A DNA stretch of 64,000 nt from Guillardia theta CCMP2712 (Eukaryota; Protista; Cryptophyta). The number at the start of each line of letters is the position of its first letter. The first letter of the stretch is position 1. The translations under genes were made by a program, and so were the position numbers. Positions 1 through 15,000 of this stretch are shown in pieces. The notes under the pieces are model-generated. The model saw only the letters and a list, made by a program, of their open reading frames with translations, did no database searches and had not been told where the DNA came from. The stretch lies in assembly GCF_000315625.1 (NCBI RefSeq), contig NW_005434615.1, positions 130,852 to 194,851 of the forward strand, written 5' to 3'.

Positions 1-1
1 T

Positions 2-3000
2 GCGGTATGCTTTGCCGAGATCAATGATGTTCCGGCGATATACCAGACAGGAAACTTTTCGTTGTTTGAGATTTTGTTCAGCCATCCGCAGGCACTCTCT
101 CACACCAATATTTCCATTCGATTTCAGGCTGAGATGACCATCTTTCCTGGTTCTATCATTCACATTCTTTTCCCCGGATTTGTGCATGAAGATCGTAGCA
201 TAAACGTGCAAAACACACCTTTCAGTGACATACAATGGATTCAAACAGACTCTACAGTGCAACTGATAGTTGACAAGATTATTGACAGCATGGAAATTAT
301 CACTATGGATATTAATGTAAACTTTTTAATTCCTGGAATTGGAGTTCAGAAATGTGGGGTTTTAGTATTCATCAATGCAACTTCCGGACCCATTCAGCAT
401 GGAATCTGTCCTCAGATTAATCCGATTGGCGCTTTCTTGCACACGAACATGAGCTTTATACCAGCTGCAGCAGGAAAAGAAGTTGAAATAGGGCTTCAAT
501 TCAATGTTCAAATGAAAATACGGCCAGGAGAAAGCATCTTCTTGAAGTTACCATCCTTCATGCGTAATACGCAGAAATTGAATGAGACTTATGGACTGAC
601 TTGGAAGCACGTTGGACAAAATCTATCAACTATTGAAGGTCAATGTATCCTCGCATCATGGAATAGCAGCTCGTACCTGCTCCGACTTGAAGTCTGTCTT
701 CAGGACATCCCCGCAAAGGCCGATGTAGAGATTGTGATCCCTAGCTCATTCGGGCTTCGACTGCCGTCGTTGGGCCTCATGCAGAATCAAGAAAGTCTGA
801 TGATCTCATGCGATGCTGAGGCTGGAAAGGTACCGCCGACATCGATACAGGAGACTTCTGGGGTTGGATATTTCACGAGGACGAGCCTAGGCTTCTTGGA
901 TGCGAACGATCAAGGAGAGCGTTTCGTGCAAGCAGGCAGGGTCGTGCGACTGGTGCTTGAAGTCGAGATCGGAATGAAGCTGTACCCAGATGACGAGCTC
1001 GTACTGGGATTACCCGGATTTATGTTGACAGCTACACCAACCGATCTCACCATCAACGCATCGTCAGGCAATGAGTCCAGCCCTGCTTTCCATGTGTCAA
1101 TCCAACCTGCATCCAACGAGGTGGTGTTGACAAGCATCACGGAGGTCGAAGGAAACACCTTCCTCACCTTTGTCTTCCCTTCGACGTATGAGATCATGCT
1201 GCCTCAGACAGGCGTCGCACCGAACCAGCAGGACCTTACTTTAGAAGCGCGCTCTTCCTCACGGCCAGTGGCCCCAACACCCTTCGGTACCGTACAGCCA
1301 GTCGGCGCATTCTTGAATGCGTCGCTATCATTCGACCCGCCTGTTGCAGGATCGAAGGCAAACCTTTATCTCAATTTTACTTGTTCGATGGAGATATTAG
1401 CCAACGAGTCGATCGCAGTAAAGCTTCCTGACTTCTCGAGCGATCTTTCGAGCATGATCTTGCAAGACGCTATCGAGGGAGTGATCGCAAACGCAACCTG
1501 GGACGGGAGTGCGAACCAGCTCACTCTTGTGTATCTGAATCACACCAGGAGGAACCAGGGGTTCAGCTTCGAGATATTGCAGATGTTTGTGCTGCCGACA
1601 CTAGGAGTGAGGAGGAGCTACAACAACATCAGCGTGAGCACGGAGGCAAGACTTGGCCCTGTTCATGAGAGCAGACAATTTGTCGTCAACTATTTTTCTG
1701 TGGTGTTCAACTCAACTTTGGCATTTTCCAATCCCAAAGCTTTACAAGTTTCGAACCTCAGTATCAGCATGTCGATGCAAATGGATCTGCAATACCAAGA
1801 CAGCATCGTACTTTATTTGCCATACTTCAATCTCAATACTGTGAACATTCCACCGGAAAATGTGGTGATCGCCGTCGAACAACTGGAATCAGTTTATCCT
1901 TTAGCAGTTTTCTGGGATAATGCAACAAATATGCTCTCTTTGATGGTGAATGGCTCAATTCTAGCTGAATCCTTTGTTGTCATCAACGTTATTAGCACAG
2001 TAGATTGTTACGTAACCCTTCCATCCTGTGGTGTGTCAACAGGCAGCTCAGGGATCAAATTTTCAATCAAAGCCTTTGATGGTATTGTTATGTGGAAAGC
2101 TTTTGATCATTTGCTTGGCTACAATTCCTTTTTACTCGGCTCCACTTCAGTGGACTTCCATCCAAGAAAAGCTGGAGCCGTAGTTGATTTGAGCCTTCAG
2201 TTCCAAACTTGCTTTTCAATCAAGGAAGGTGACAGGCTAAAGCTATACTTACCTGGGTTTACTGGTTCTGAGTTAAGTTTGCTTCAATTGAGCAATTACA
2301 GCTTGCCTATAAAGCTGATCACGTGGAATCCCCTTGAATATTTGCTCTCCATCATGCTGGCGGAACATATTAACACTTCAAATGTTGCAATTGCTCCGTT
2401 GAACATTAGCATCTCACTTCCCGTTGTAGGAATCAGATTGCAAACAGAGATTCTGATTGGTCTTGATTCCATTGAACCGATCCAACTGGAGCGAATCGCT
2501 CATGTACCCTTGATAGGTTCATTCACAAATTCGACGACTCTACGGTTCGGCAGTTCCAGGGCTGGTGAGAGGAGCAGCCTTGAGTTATCTTTCACGGCAC
2601 AAACGAACTTAATCGAAAACGATTGCATCTATTTGCAAACCAAGTTTTCGTGGCTGTACAACGGAAGTGGATGTAACGTTAGTGAAATTTGGGATGTTTA
2701 CTATCTGGAAAATCAAAGTATGCTACTTCTATGTCTGCAGAATTTCACAATCGCAGCAACCGATTGGGTCTTCATGACTCTGCCCATGACATGTGGGTTT
2801 GTCATTCCAGCTGATGGTGTTCGAAGCAGTGACCAAAGGATTCTCATTGGTTCGAACGCAACTCTCGGGCCTATCCAGCCAGAACCATTCGCTACGGTTG
2901 CTCCAATTGGCGCCTTCATCCTTTCGGCGTTCATATACGTTCCACAAAATCGATCGATTCGCTTGAGGATGAAACCAGCCATGACGGTTGTCCCGGGCGA

Positions 3001-6000
3001 AAGCATCTATTTGCTCTTGCCCGTCTTTGATGGCAAAACGATCAGTAACATGACCATCCCAGGTCAACACTGTCTGCGTGCATCATGGAATAGCAGCTCG
3101 TACCTGCTCCGACTTGAAGTCTGTCTTCAGGACATCCCCGCAAAGGCCGATGTAGAGATTGTGATCCCTAGCTCATTCGGGCTTCGACTGCCGTCGTTGG
3201 GCCTCATGCAGAATCAAGAAAGTCTGATGATCTCATGCGATGCTGAGGCTGGAAAGGTACCGCCGACATCGATACAGGAGACTTCTGGGGTTGGATATTT
3301 CACGAGGACGAGCCTAGGCTTCTTGGATGCGAACGATCAAGGAGAGCGTTTCGTGCAAGCAGGCAGGGTCGTGCGACTGGTGCTTGAAGTCGAGATCGGA
3401 ATGAAGCTGTACCCAGATGACGAGCTCGTACTGGGATTACCCGGATTTATGTTGACAGCTACACCAACCGATCTCACCATCAACGCATCGTCAGGCAATG
3501 AGTCCAGCCCTGCTTTCCATGTGTCAATCCAACCTGCATCCAACGAGGTGGTGTTGACAAGCATCACGGAGGTCGAAGGAAACACCTTCCTCACCTTTGT
3601 CTTCCCTTCGACGTATGAGATCATGCTGCCTCAGACAGGCGTCGCACCGAACCAGCAGGACCTTACTTTAGAAGCGCGCTCTTCCTCACGGCCAGTGGCC
3701 CCAACACCCTTCGGTACCGTACAGCCAGTCGGCGCATTCTTGAATGCGTCGCTATCATTCGACCCGCCTGTTGCAGGATCGAAGGCAAACCTTTATCTCA
3801 ATTTTACTTGTTCGATGGAGATATTAGCCAACGAGTCGATCGCAGTAAAGCTTCCTGACTTCTCGAGCGATCTTTCGAGCATGATCTTGCAAGACGCTAT
3901 CGAGGGAGTGATCGCAAACGCAACCTGGGACGGGAGTGCGAACCAGCTCACTCTTGTGTATCTGAATCACACCAGGAGGAACCAGGGGTTCAGCTTCGAG
4001 ATATTGCAGATGTTTGTGCTGCCGACACTAGGGGTGAGGAGGAGCTACAACAACATCAGCGTGAGCACGGAGGCAAGACTTGGCCCAGCAGTTTCGCGTG
4101 ATTTTGTGGAGGGCATTGGTTACTTGAGCAACATCTCTCTGAGGGCCGTTCCTCCGAGGGCTGGATCACGAACGGATGTTGAAATTTCGTTTGTCGTTCA
4201 TATGATGCTCTTACCTGGAGACATTTTGCAGGTTTCACTTCCAGACTACATAGTTTCAGGAGTGCAGCAGGTAGTATTCTCCAGTGGGAACTATAGTTGG
4301 GAACTGTCTCGTGAGGAGGATTTGATTCGTTTGCATCTCAACAGTTCTATGGGAATATATCCAGATTCACTTGTATCATTTGTCGTGAATGAGATGATAG
4401 GTATTGACCTTGTCGTAAGGAATGATACGTTTCCAAAGATGCTCTTTCCCACTATTGAAGTGTCAAAATGTGCAGATGGCAAAGTGTTGTCGAAGCAATT
4501 TGATTATTTTCCCCGCATATTTGTCATTGGAGATTTCCAGAATTCGAGTTTGAATTTTAATCTAACAGATGTCAGGGCCAACCAAGCTTGCGATATCTGT
4601 ATTGATGTCTTCCCCATTATGACGCTTTCAATTGATGACCTCGTTGTCGTAAAACTTCCTGGGTTTCATGGAGAACCAAATCGCAATGTGAGCTTCAATT
4701 GCAAACCTCCGGATCTCATTCGAAATATTTCTTGGGACCCAATTGCTGAAGAGGTCTCGATGTTGCTGAAACGAGAATACTATGGTAATATACATGCATG
4801 CATTTTGAAAGAATCATTGTTGTACCTTCCACAACGAGGTATAAGGATGAATGATGATTCATACCGTGTGCGCACGAATGCAATCGCTGGTCCTGTGATG
4901 GATAAAGCAATTCAGTTGGTCGAACCTGTAGGTGCTATCAAATATTCGAGCATCTCATTCCGTCAAACCTCAGCAAGTGCTGTATCTATCCAAGCGAATT
5001 TGATTTTCTGGATGAACCTTTTCGAGCATAGTTCTCTAGTCCTCTACGCATATGACATGTCACTGTCTGGTGCAAAGGCTTTTATTGCAGGAGGAGGGTA
5101 CTCTGAAAGCTCTGTTAACAGTACATGGAGAACGGACTGTGCATGTCTGTCTGTTGACATACCAGAAGCAATGACTGCTGAAACTAATGTATACCTTCGT
5201 GTTGAAGGGGACTTCGCGCTCCCAAGCACTGGAATCTCTAGAGATGAGCAGGGTTGGAGGGTTGGAGTTCAATCTGATGATGGAAATATTCTACCGACCC
5301 CATTCATCCATGTTGAGCCAATCGGACATGTAGATGTGGAAATATTCATCAAGAATGGTTCTTTCACGTTGCAGAGTATAGAAATGCATTTTTATATGAA
5401 GCTTGAACGTTTCGAAAGGGTTGATTTGATAATCAAGGGATTTTCAGGAAACTCCACGTATTGTCAATACGTCCCTTCACTGCCAGAAAATGCGTTGTCA
5501 ACAATCATTTGGAACTCTTCTGCTCCACAGATGACTTTCATAGCAGAAAAAGACATACAAGCAGGAACGCTAGTGTCAGTCGATTTAAGTTCGCTTAGTG
5601 TGACAAGTCCTCCACCTGATTCAATTGCAGGTTGCTGTCAGATTTTTTCATCTGCAGTCGCAGGACCGGTGAACTTCTCACCTGTTCTCGTTACGTTCAG
5701 CACAAAGGTCTGGACAGGCACAGCTTTGGGAACCACTAAACCTGTCTTCTCAAGCAGTAGCTCCACTGCAGCCCTTACTTCGGGAACGACCTCTGCAGCA
5801 ACCTTGTTTGAAAACACGACGACACCGATATCAGAAACAGAAATGCTGGTCACAGGTACAGAGCTTCAAACTACCACACCCTTCATCTCAAACAGCTCCA
5901 CTGCAGCCCTTACTTCGGGAACGACCTCTGCAGCAACCTTGTTTGAAAACACGACTACACCGATATCAGAAACAGAAATGCTGGTCACAGGTACAGAGCT

Positions 6001-9000
6001 TCAAACTACCACACCCTTCATCTCAAGCAGTAGCTCCACTGCAGCCCTTACTTCGGGAACGACCTCTGCAGCAACCTTGTTTGAAAACACGACTACACCG
6101 ATATCAGCAACAGAAATGCTGGTCACCGGGACAGAGTCAAATTTAACCGCACCCTTCATCTCAAACAGCTCTGTTCCATCAACAACACCTTCACTGGTTC
6201 CTGTTGATGAATCAACTGCAGTTCCACGAATAGATGTGATCATGTCAAAAGATGGACGAATAAGCCTCAAGTTGATCTTTCAGACCAATGGGATGATCGA
6301 GAGCAACTCAAATGCATCGATATACTTCCAAGGTGTTCAGAACCAATCCTTTCTTCAAATGACGATTGAAACAAATAATTGTTCTGTGAACATATCTGCT
6401 AAGTATGAAGTTCCATCAAATGGCTATTATTTTGAGTTTCCATGTATGACAAGTTCGGGGTCCAATGTTTCGATTCGTGTTGCAGATCTCAGTCTCCTTG
6501 CAAGTGGACCGAATATAACCCGACTGGGAGCCAGCTTAATTGCAGAGGTCCAACTCCAAGATGGCAAAACCACGTCAAAAGAATACGTCTTCCCTTCAAT
6601 AGATATTGGAAACATCAAATCGTCCCTCAACTTCGGTTCATCAGCAGCTCTGCTTATAGAGTTAATACCGAATTTTGACATGCAGAGCTTTGACCTCCTG
6701 AGCATAACTCTTGGGGGCTTCCTGGGTGACTGCGAGGGTGATCTGGTCCCTTACCTCGCCTTCGACTCCTCCGTCTTTAACCTCTCCTCTGCTCTCTGCA
6801 ATACGTCAAATGTTGCTGTATCTCTGAGCCTACAGATAGGATCCGCCATCCCCAAGGGCACATCCATTTCGTTCATGGTCAGCAAGTCTGCAGGAATCCA
6901 GCTCCCAGCAGCAGGCCTCACAACCTCGGCAGACTTGGACAAGGTGACTATCCGAGCGGATGCCAAGGCAGCGTTAGTGTTCGAGACACCCTTCTTGTGG
7001 ACAGGCGGCAGCATCCAACGCGTGGGAACCTTGCAGCAGTCAAGCATCAGGTTTGATGGCACAGACTGCTCGAGCATAGAATTGTCAAGCATCAGTCATT
7101 CTTGCATCCGTGCAGGCAGCATTGTGAATGTAAAGGCGTCGTTCACAGCTTCGACACCGTTCCAAGCCAATGAATCCTTCACGCTGTGTATGCCTGGCTT
7201 CCGAGGGCCGGAAAATGTCTCGTACATCTCTCTGACCAACTCGAGCGTCGCGATCCGGAACAACAGAGCGCTGTGGGACCCTGCCGGGTGTGATGGGGCA
7301 GCCTCACTATCGTTCGTGTATCGCGACAGCATTGCAGCCAACGTGCGGAGCTGCGTGGCGATCTCGTCTGACGCCGGCATCAGACTACCGACACTGGGAG
7401 TCAGTTATGCGACCGGTTTGTACGTGCGGGCTGTTGGTGTATTGTTGAACCCAGAGTTTACGCAAGTGCAGCAGATTGGCTTTGTGCAAAAGTTTTATGT
7501 GGATTTTCAACCTGCATGGAAGGGCTCGGTGGTGGACGTTCAGATTGAAATTGAGGCGGGACCATGCCTGAAGGCCAACGATGAAATCTTCATTACTTTG
7601 CCGCTTGCGGCCACTGAAGCATCCAGTCTGGTGTGCGATAATGTCACCCAATACTTTTCAAATTGCTCGATAATAAGCCAAGATTGGGAATACAACTGTA
7701 ACAGTCAGAGTGGAGGAGTTCTTGTTCGGCTTGTTGTATCCCAAAACATCTCGGGAAATTTCAGCTTGAGTTATACGATACCAGCTTCTTCTGGAATCCG
7801 TTTACTTTCAGAACAGATTGACGGGTATTCTATCAGTTTGCAAATAGAATCAAGCATCTGCGGCCCGATGTTCTCTGGCATTTCAAATGTTTCATCACTT
7901 CTAGGTAACAATGACTTCTGCGACGTGCAGATCAGCTTTGTTCCAGCCGCCCTTTACAGGCTAGTTGCAGTGGTTATCAATTTTGATGCGTGTGTTCAAG
8001 TATATGACGGCGATACACTTGCAATTCGGCTGCAGAATTTCTCGGGAGATTCCTTCAATATCACACTGGAATCATCCATCAATGTCACATGGAATTCGGA
8101 GAGTGAAGCATTACAAATTGTGTTTCCTCATCTTTCCTTGGGTGAAAAAATCAAGGTGGTGACGCCAGCCTCTCTATATCTCCCGAAAGATGGGATTTCA
8201 AGCTTGTCAAATGGAATATATTTGAACTTCACATCGGATAGAAAAACTCTGTCATTCTTCAGCCAAATAAAAGTGCAATTGGTAGGGTCACTCAAATATA
8301 TTCCTGAGGTGAAAATGCTACTGTCAGATAACAAGATTGCAATAAGCACGAGTGTCGTTGCTTTGATGAATCTCCTACCTCAGGACAATTTGACAATCGT
8401 ACTTCCCATGTTCGCAGAGGTCTTACAGTGGCCCACCCTTGCGTCAAACAGCATATTTTCAAACGTCTTGTGGAGGTCCGAAAATCAAACACTTACTCTC
8501 ACTGTTGGCTCAGTCATATCATCTTACACTGTCACAGACATTGTTGTCAGATTCAACAACTCCTTTCTGACTTTGCCTCCGAATGGGCTGGTTCAGGTTT
8601 CCAACACCATTGGTTTGCAGCTGACGTCAGCGTCAGGCTTGTCGTTCGATTATTTCCCTCTGACCTTCAGAGGCCTTGGTTTTGAACAATCGAAGATCAC
8701 GTTTTCTCCGCCAATTGCTGGGAGGCCAACCGGCATTTCAATCCGTCTGGTAGCTCAAAGTTTAATCGCAAAGGGACAAATGATAGAAATATACTTGGAG
8801 GCATTCACAGGAAGTGACGTGTTTGACCTTCTGGTTACCAGTGACTTTACCGCTCCGATATTCTTCTGTTCATGGATCAGTCAGGAACGAGCTTTGAAAT
8901 GTCCAATTCAACGAGATATCCCAGCGTCAAATCCATTCACGATCCGTTGGCCTGATTATGCTGGAGTTGCTTTGCCGGAACAGGGTGTGAACTTCTATGG

Positions 9001-12000
9001 GCCAAGAATGATCGTGAGTGTAAATACCGTCATGGGATCTAAGATTTTTCAACAACAAATCCAAGATTTCAATCCTGTTGGTGCATTGAAATATGCATAC
9101 ATAGTAAGAAATGAAACAGACTTCGGCACGTTATGGAGCTTCGTCTTTATGGCCTACATGGATATCGAATCCAATAGCTCTTTTTCGATCTATTCCAGTG
9201 GTTATAATTCAGGTCTAGACGTTTGCTTCGATATGGTTTCTTCGCCTACCAACTTTGTTCAAGATGGACACATCAAGAATTCCACGCTTTCATTTAAATC
9301 TATAACCCCAGTTTCAAGGCTGTCAGAGCTCAAAGCCACTCTGTTAGATCCTCGGGTCTTGGAATTTCTAGAAGCTGTGCGCAATGGAAATCACCTGATT
9401 CTGCTTTCCCTGCTATCATCCACTGGCTCTGTTTCTGATTATTCCATGGAATTTCAATCAATTTCGGGTAGGACAAACTCTAGCTCCAGCATCAATTCGG
9501 CGCAAGTGAGTGTCCGAATCCAATATGAAAATCCGTATGCGGATGAGGGTACAGGAATTCTAATCAACCTTGAAACGAACATTCCTATTTATGTCGGGGA
9601 CGAACTCAACATTGACTTGTTGGGTTTCGAAGGGTCCAAGGTCTCGAATTTCAGTGTAGTAAATGATGTTGGGGTCGTTCAATGTGAAGGATCCTGGATA
9701 CAATATAGAGAGACCATCGTCAATCCTCTCCCTGAGGTGGGAAATGAGACATGCTGGCTGAACACTTCGAAGAATGTGACATATGCTGAATGGCAAAACG
9801 TTACCTTGTGGCAACTGCAATACAAGATTGTGAATATTACGACATACAAGAATGTTACGAATGTACTTGAATTCGCAGTTTTCAATCCTGAGGCAGAAGA
9901 GTGCGAGATTGTGTACAAGAATGAATCTGTCGTGCAGAAGCATTTCGAGATGGTAAATGTTACTGAGAACGTGTCGGTGACCATCTTGCAGCCTGTGACC
10001 AAATATTTTGAGGATGTCCAGGTATCGATGTGTCCACAAAACAATTTGACCAACATCAGTGATGACAAAGTCATGACAATCCAGACCCTAAACCGTCTCA
10101 GCCTTAAATTTGTGAAGAATGTAACCTCAGGAAATTCGCTACAGCTTCGAATTCCAGAAACCGCTGGCATAAAGTTGCCGACCGAAGGCATTGCAGAAAA
10201 CGAGCAAGCTCTTGTAGCTTACTTGGATTCTGCACAAAGAGAAGTGATTTACAAGGCCGATGTGTTGCATTCCTTCCCAGACGTGGGTTCATTCAGAGAA
10301 AGAGTGGTTGAATTGAGTGGAACTAAGATTTACAGAGAATTGGAAGGTATCTACTCAAGGCAAAGATTCACATGGAATCTTAGCTCGGTTTACGTGAGCA
10401 ACGACAGAAAGTCTTGTATCGTCTCTTGTGGTCGCTACCTTTCTGTTTCCAAAGATTGCAATTTTGCGATAGGAATCAACTGCCAAGACGTTGTGCTGCG
10501 TAGCAAAATGGACTCCGAGCCCATCCTTTTTGCAAACAATCAGTATCAGGTCACCTGGGAGGAAAGGAACGGGTCAACCTGGGTTTCTACGAAGAGCATT
10601 TCACTGGTGATTCTTCTCTTTGTTTTTGACACTTTCTAACTCCTAAACCAGGTTTCAAAACCTCCACGAAGATCAGCCTTGCTTCGATTCAGTGATGAAG
10701 CAAAACCAGGTACTCCAAGTTCTTTGTCATTGAGCCTAAAACCAAAGGGAAACATTGTTCCTCTTTCCCAAATCCTGTTGTCGCTTCCTGGATTCACAGG
10801 CATCGAAGGTGCTCGATCACACGACCTGATGATTGCAGGAAACAAGTCAGAATTGTTTTATGCTAAGTGGGGAAGATCTTGTTCAGACTCGTCATTTATT
10901 GTTCTGATTGCGAAAGAAAATACGTACATTGCACCAGAGGAGGATATAGAATTGTACGTTTCTGCGATCCAGAACATATCACTCCCTTTGAATGGAATTA
11001 CTGAGAATTCAGGAATTCAAATCATTCTTCGACTCACTACTTATCCTAAATTTGCGATCACTGTGGTTCCAAATTTTTTGCTCGTATCACAGGCTTCGTC
11101 TCTGTCACTGGATTTTAATCCCAAATCGCCTGGAAATCCAACGACCATGTACCTTTCTGTGATTCTGACACAAGATTTGCGACCCAACGATATTATTTTG
11201 TTGCAACTACCTGGGTTTCAGATTCAAAATTCATCATTAGCGTTCACCTTCTTCTCGAATCAGCAGGCAAACTTTGAAGCGATGGTGGCAGACGGTGAAA
11301 GAGTTACTTTGACCAGCTTGCAGTCCTTTGCAAGTGGCGAAAGGATTGAGGTAAGATATCATAGTCCGATAGAAATAAGGATTCCTCAATATGGTATCTT
11401 AAACACTCAACAATTCCCTTCCATGAGAGTACAGTCTGCTTTAGGTAATGTCCCTTGGACAGTGATTGAGAATACTTCGCTTGTCGGAAGTGTGACCAAT
11501 GCTTCAATTCATCTATCGAACACGGAAAGTGTCGGTGTACTCGAAGTCATGATCCGATTTCATGCTCTAATGCCCCTTGCTCCTGCTGATTTAATAATCT
11601 TACAGTTTCCGACCTCACTAAAGCAAATCTCGGACACTTTGAATTTGTCATCAATGCCTTACAAGTTCGAAGATCCATTGAGAAATCTGACACAGAACAC
11701 TTTGACCTTGAAGATCAATGAGACTATACAGATTACAGAAGAGATTTCAGTATCAACACTAGTTCTTGCAGCAGCTGCCCAAGACAGATTTCAATATTCA
11801 TTGAATCTGTCAATTAGCTCCATAAATGGTAATATCGATGCTTATGAGCTCTCCTTCTTAAATCAATCCGGGCTCTTACCTGCTAGACCTTTGAAAATCG
11901 AGATACTGGATTCCCGCATGGTAATTGTACCTCCGATGCAAGGTGCAGAAGTCAAATTCGGAATCAATCTTACTCTCATTTCGAATGAAGATATTGATTC

Positions 12001-15000
12001 CGAAATTATGGTACATCTACCACCAATATTTGACATCACGGGCAACACACCATTGGGCACAAATCTTAAAATTCAGAAGGATAATTCCTGCATCGAAGGA
12101 GGTCTAGTTTTGAAGTTTTCTGCGCCACTACTGCCAACCCTGCAACATTTGAATTTCTCCGTGGTTGAATCCGTGTTGCGACTGAAATCAAGAATATATT
12201 GTGCTTCAATGGGAAATTTCTTCTTTTCTATCACATCCCGAGATGGAAACCTTAGCTGCACTCCAATCCAGTCGGTGTCAAAGTTGTTGTGCTCTGATTC
12301 GCTTTATGAATCTAAGTTGCTGTTTGGGAATGCTATGGCAAATGAAACTTCATCAATTTCACTGGGTTTCAACCTCCGAGACTTTGTCTTGCAAAAGGGA
12401 GATTCCATCCTCCTATCTTTACCCTTCTTTGGCAATACTCAAACGAGCACTGCCTTGAATTGCGAGGTCCTCACCACACCTTCTATGCTTGTGCACACGT
12501 TGAAGTGGTATTCGACATCAGCGCAAGTCGAGATTCTCCTTGATTCAAATCTTGGTCAAAATAGGCAAATATGGATCAATATGACATCTGCATGCGGATT
12601 TGTTTTGCCTGCAGGAGGTGTAACACAATCGGACAATCTTCAAATCAATGTCTTGACCAAAACATGGGGGTTGTCATCATGGACTGTTATCCAAGAACTT
12701 CAAGCTGTAGATTGTAAGTAAATTTGATTTGTTGGTTTGATATCTAACTCTTGATGTGGCAGCTGTGCTTTCAAATTCAGTGCTGTATGTACTTCCACCA
12801 CATGTAGGTAAAGTCAGGGCTTTGCAGTTTTCATTCATGGTGATGACACCATACTTTTCACGGGGTGTTCTGAATCTCACTGTCCCTGTTCTCAATGCTT
12901 CAATTCTGAATCAGACCAAGAATAAGTTTATTGCATTCAGCGATCCACCTGGAATTGTTAATCCAACCGCAAGATGGCATGATGACAAGCAGACAATCGA
13001 GATCGTCTTTTTACAGGGAATCTCGTACAACTCCGCTGTCCGAATTGACCTGATCCCAGAATTTGAATGTACGACGATCGAGGAAGGGCTTACCTCTGTC
13101 AATAGAAAATATGTGACATTCCAAAAGGGCGATGTGATCACCAAGATCCGTCATTCAAATGCTTTTGGATTCCTTCTGAACCTTGCCATGAAATTTGTGA
13201 GCGATCCAAGCTTTTCAAAGATCAAGGTAACTTTTCAGCCGGTCATGAACATCATGGCAAATGAAAGCATATCAATTGGTCTTCCTGCATTCAAGTTTTC
13301 AGTGCAAGATATAAGCGTTACAGTTCAAAATGGACATCAGGCAAATTTTTCGTGGGACCAAACCGTGGAAACATTTGTCGTAATAAATCCTATTGATTTG
13401 ATTGCATTTACGATCTGTACGGTAGAAATCTCTGGCACTGGAGTTCTTTTTCCTCCATTTGCTATTGTTGCAGATGACGATTCTTTCTTTGCTTCATCAG
13501 ATGCAAAGGATGGTCCAGTATCCCAACAGCCATTTCACCATGTGGAACAAGTTGGAGTTTTCATCAGGAGGCCGAAAGTCACATTTGATCCTCCTTTGGT
13601 TGGCATGAATGCGAGAATGAAGCTGGATGACATGCTCCTCAACATCTCTTTGAAGTCCAATGATATAATCACGGTTGTCCTTCCAGGCATTTTTGCTAAG
13701 GATTTTGATAAGGAGATTGTGCAATTCAATGAGTTGAACTTTTCAATGTCTTGGTCACAAGATTGCCCACAGAACACGCTCCGAATTGTGACCTTACAAG
13801 AAATCTCAGAAGGGACAAACATCGCTGTAGTCTTTCCACAAACGAACAACACCAAATTTTTTGTTGCACAAAGAGTCATACATGAAAGGATGAAAGTGCA
13901 TGTGAACACTATCAGCAGTGCATCTTGGACGTATAGCAACGATGTGATGATTGCTGCAAAGGCTGTAGTGCCGACATTATGGGGTTCTCTGAAATTTGAC
14001 CCTGCCGTAGCTGGTGAAAAGACGACCGTAAATGTGCGAGTCAACCTTCTTTCCTCTCTCGAGCTGTTTGACTTGGTCAGCATCTCTCTCCCTGGCTTTT
14101 CCCTTGGTGCACCTTTCGAGTTGAGTGGGTCGAATTGGAGTGCCGTACAGTACCGCGACGGAAATTCCTTGAACATAGCTGCACTCGTCGACAACATCGG
14201 GGAAGGGCTTGCTACTGGCATTTTAGACTTGCTGGTTCCTAAAACAGGCGAGCTGATAATTCCTGGTGTTGGCATTCCAAAAGGAACTGAAGCCTCTCTG
14301 ACTATAAAGAGATTCGGTATAACTATGCAGGAAACGTACATATCAATGAATCCTATAGGCTCATTCAGCAACACTTGTCATTTGAGCTTTTTCCCAAAGG
14401 AATGTGACAACTTTGTCGGGATCGAGCTCCAATGCGTCCCTGAAATGAACCTACGTAAAGGAGATCAACTTCTATTAGCTCTTCCTGGATTTTCAGTGTC
14501 ACAAACCAACAGTTCAAGTTCATTCACTTGGAATGCATCATCATCAGTAATTGTCATTTATTTGGATCAAGATGTAAATGCGCACAATCTCATGTCCATT
14601 ACTTTGCCGCAATCCTCGGGTATTCGTTTACCGCCCTCTTGTGTGGTCACAAACCAATCTGATATCAAGATTTCTGTCCATTCTGTGAATTCTTTGATTT
14701 TGTTCACCACTATTCCCAATGTTGAAGGCGTTGGTATGCTAAACAACACAAGAATGCTTTTCAATTATTTACATTTGAATGAGCCGACCGATATCACTTT
14801 GTCGTTTGATACTTCAAACAGACTGGTAAACGGCGATTCAATCCAACTGGTGTTAGAGAACTTCAGGCTGTCGAGTCAGCCTGGAAAGATAGTGTACACA
14901 TCTGAACCTGATGTGATTGGCGATATATTTGCTGTCAGCTATGACCCTCTCACCCTGAAACTCCAGCTTTCAAGCGATTTACACGCGGGTGAGAACCTCA

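Noticed and set aside
5745-6170. CRISPR-like array
   Set aside because: Contiguous coding tandem repeats without unique spacers, in a eukaryotic context with no cas genes.
10637-10639. Stop-codon readthrough between ORF1 and ORF2 (same frame)
   Set aside because: The TAA lies inside a canonical 45-nt intron (10607..10651) with a branch-point motif.
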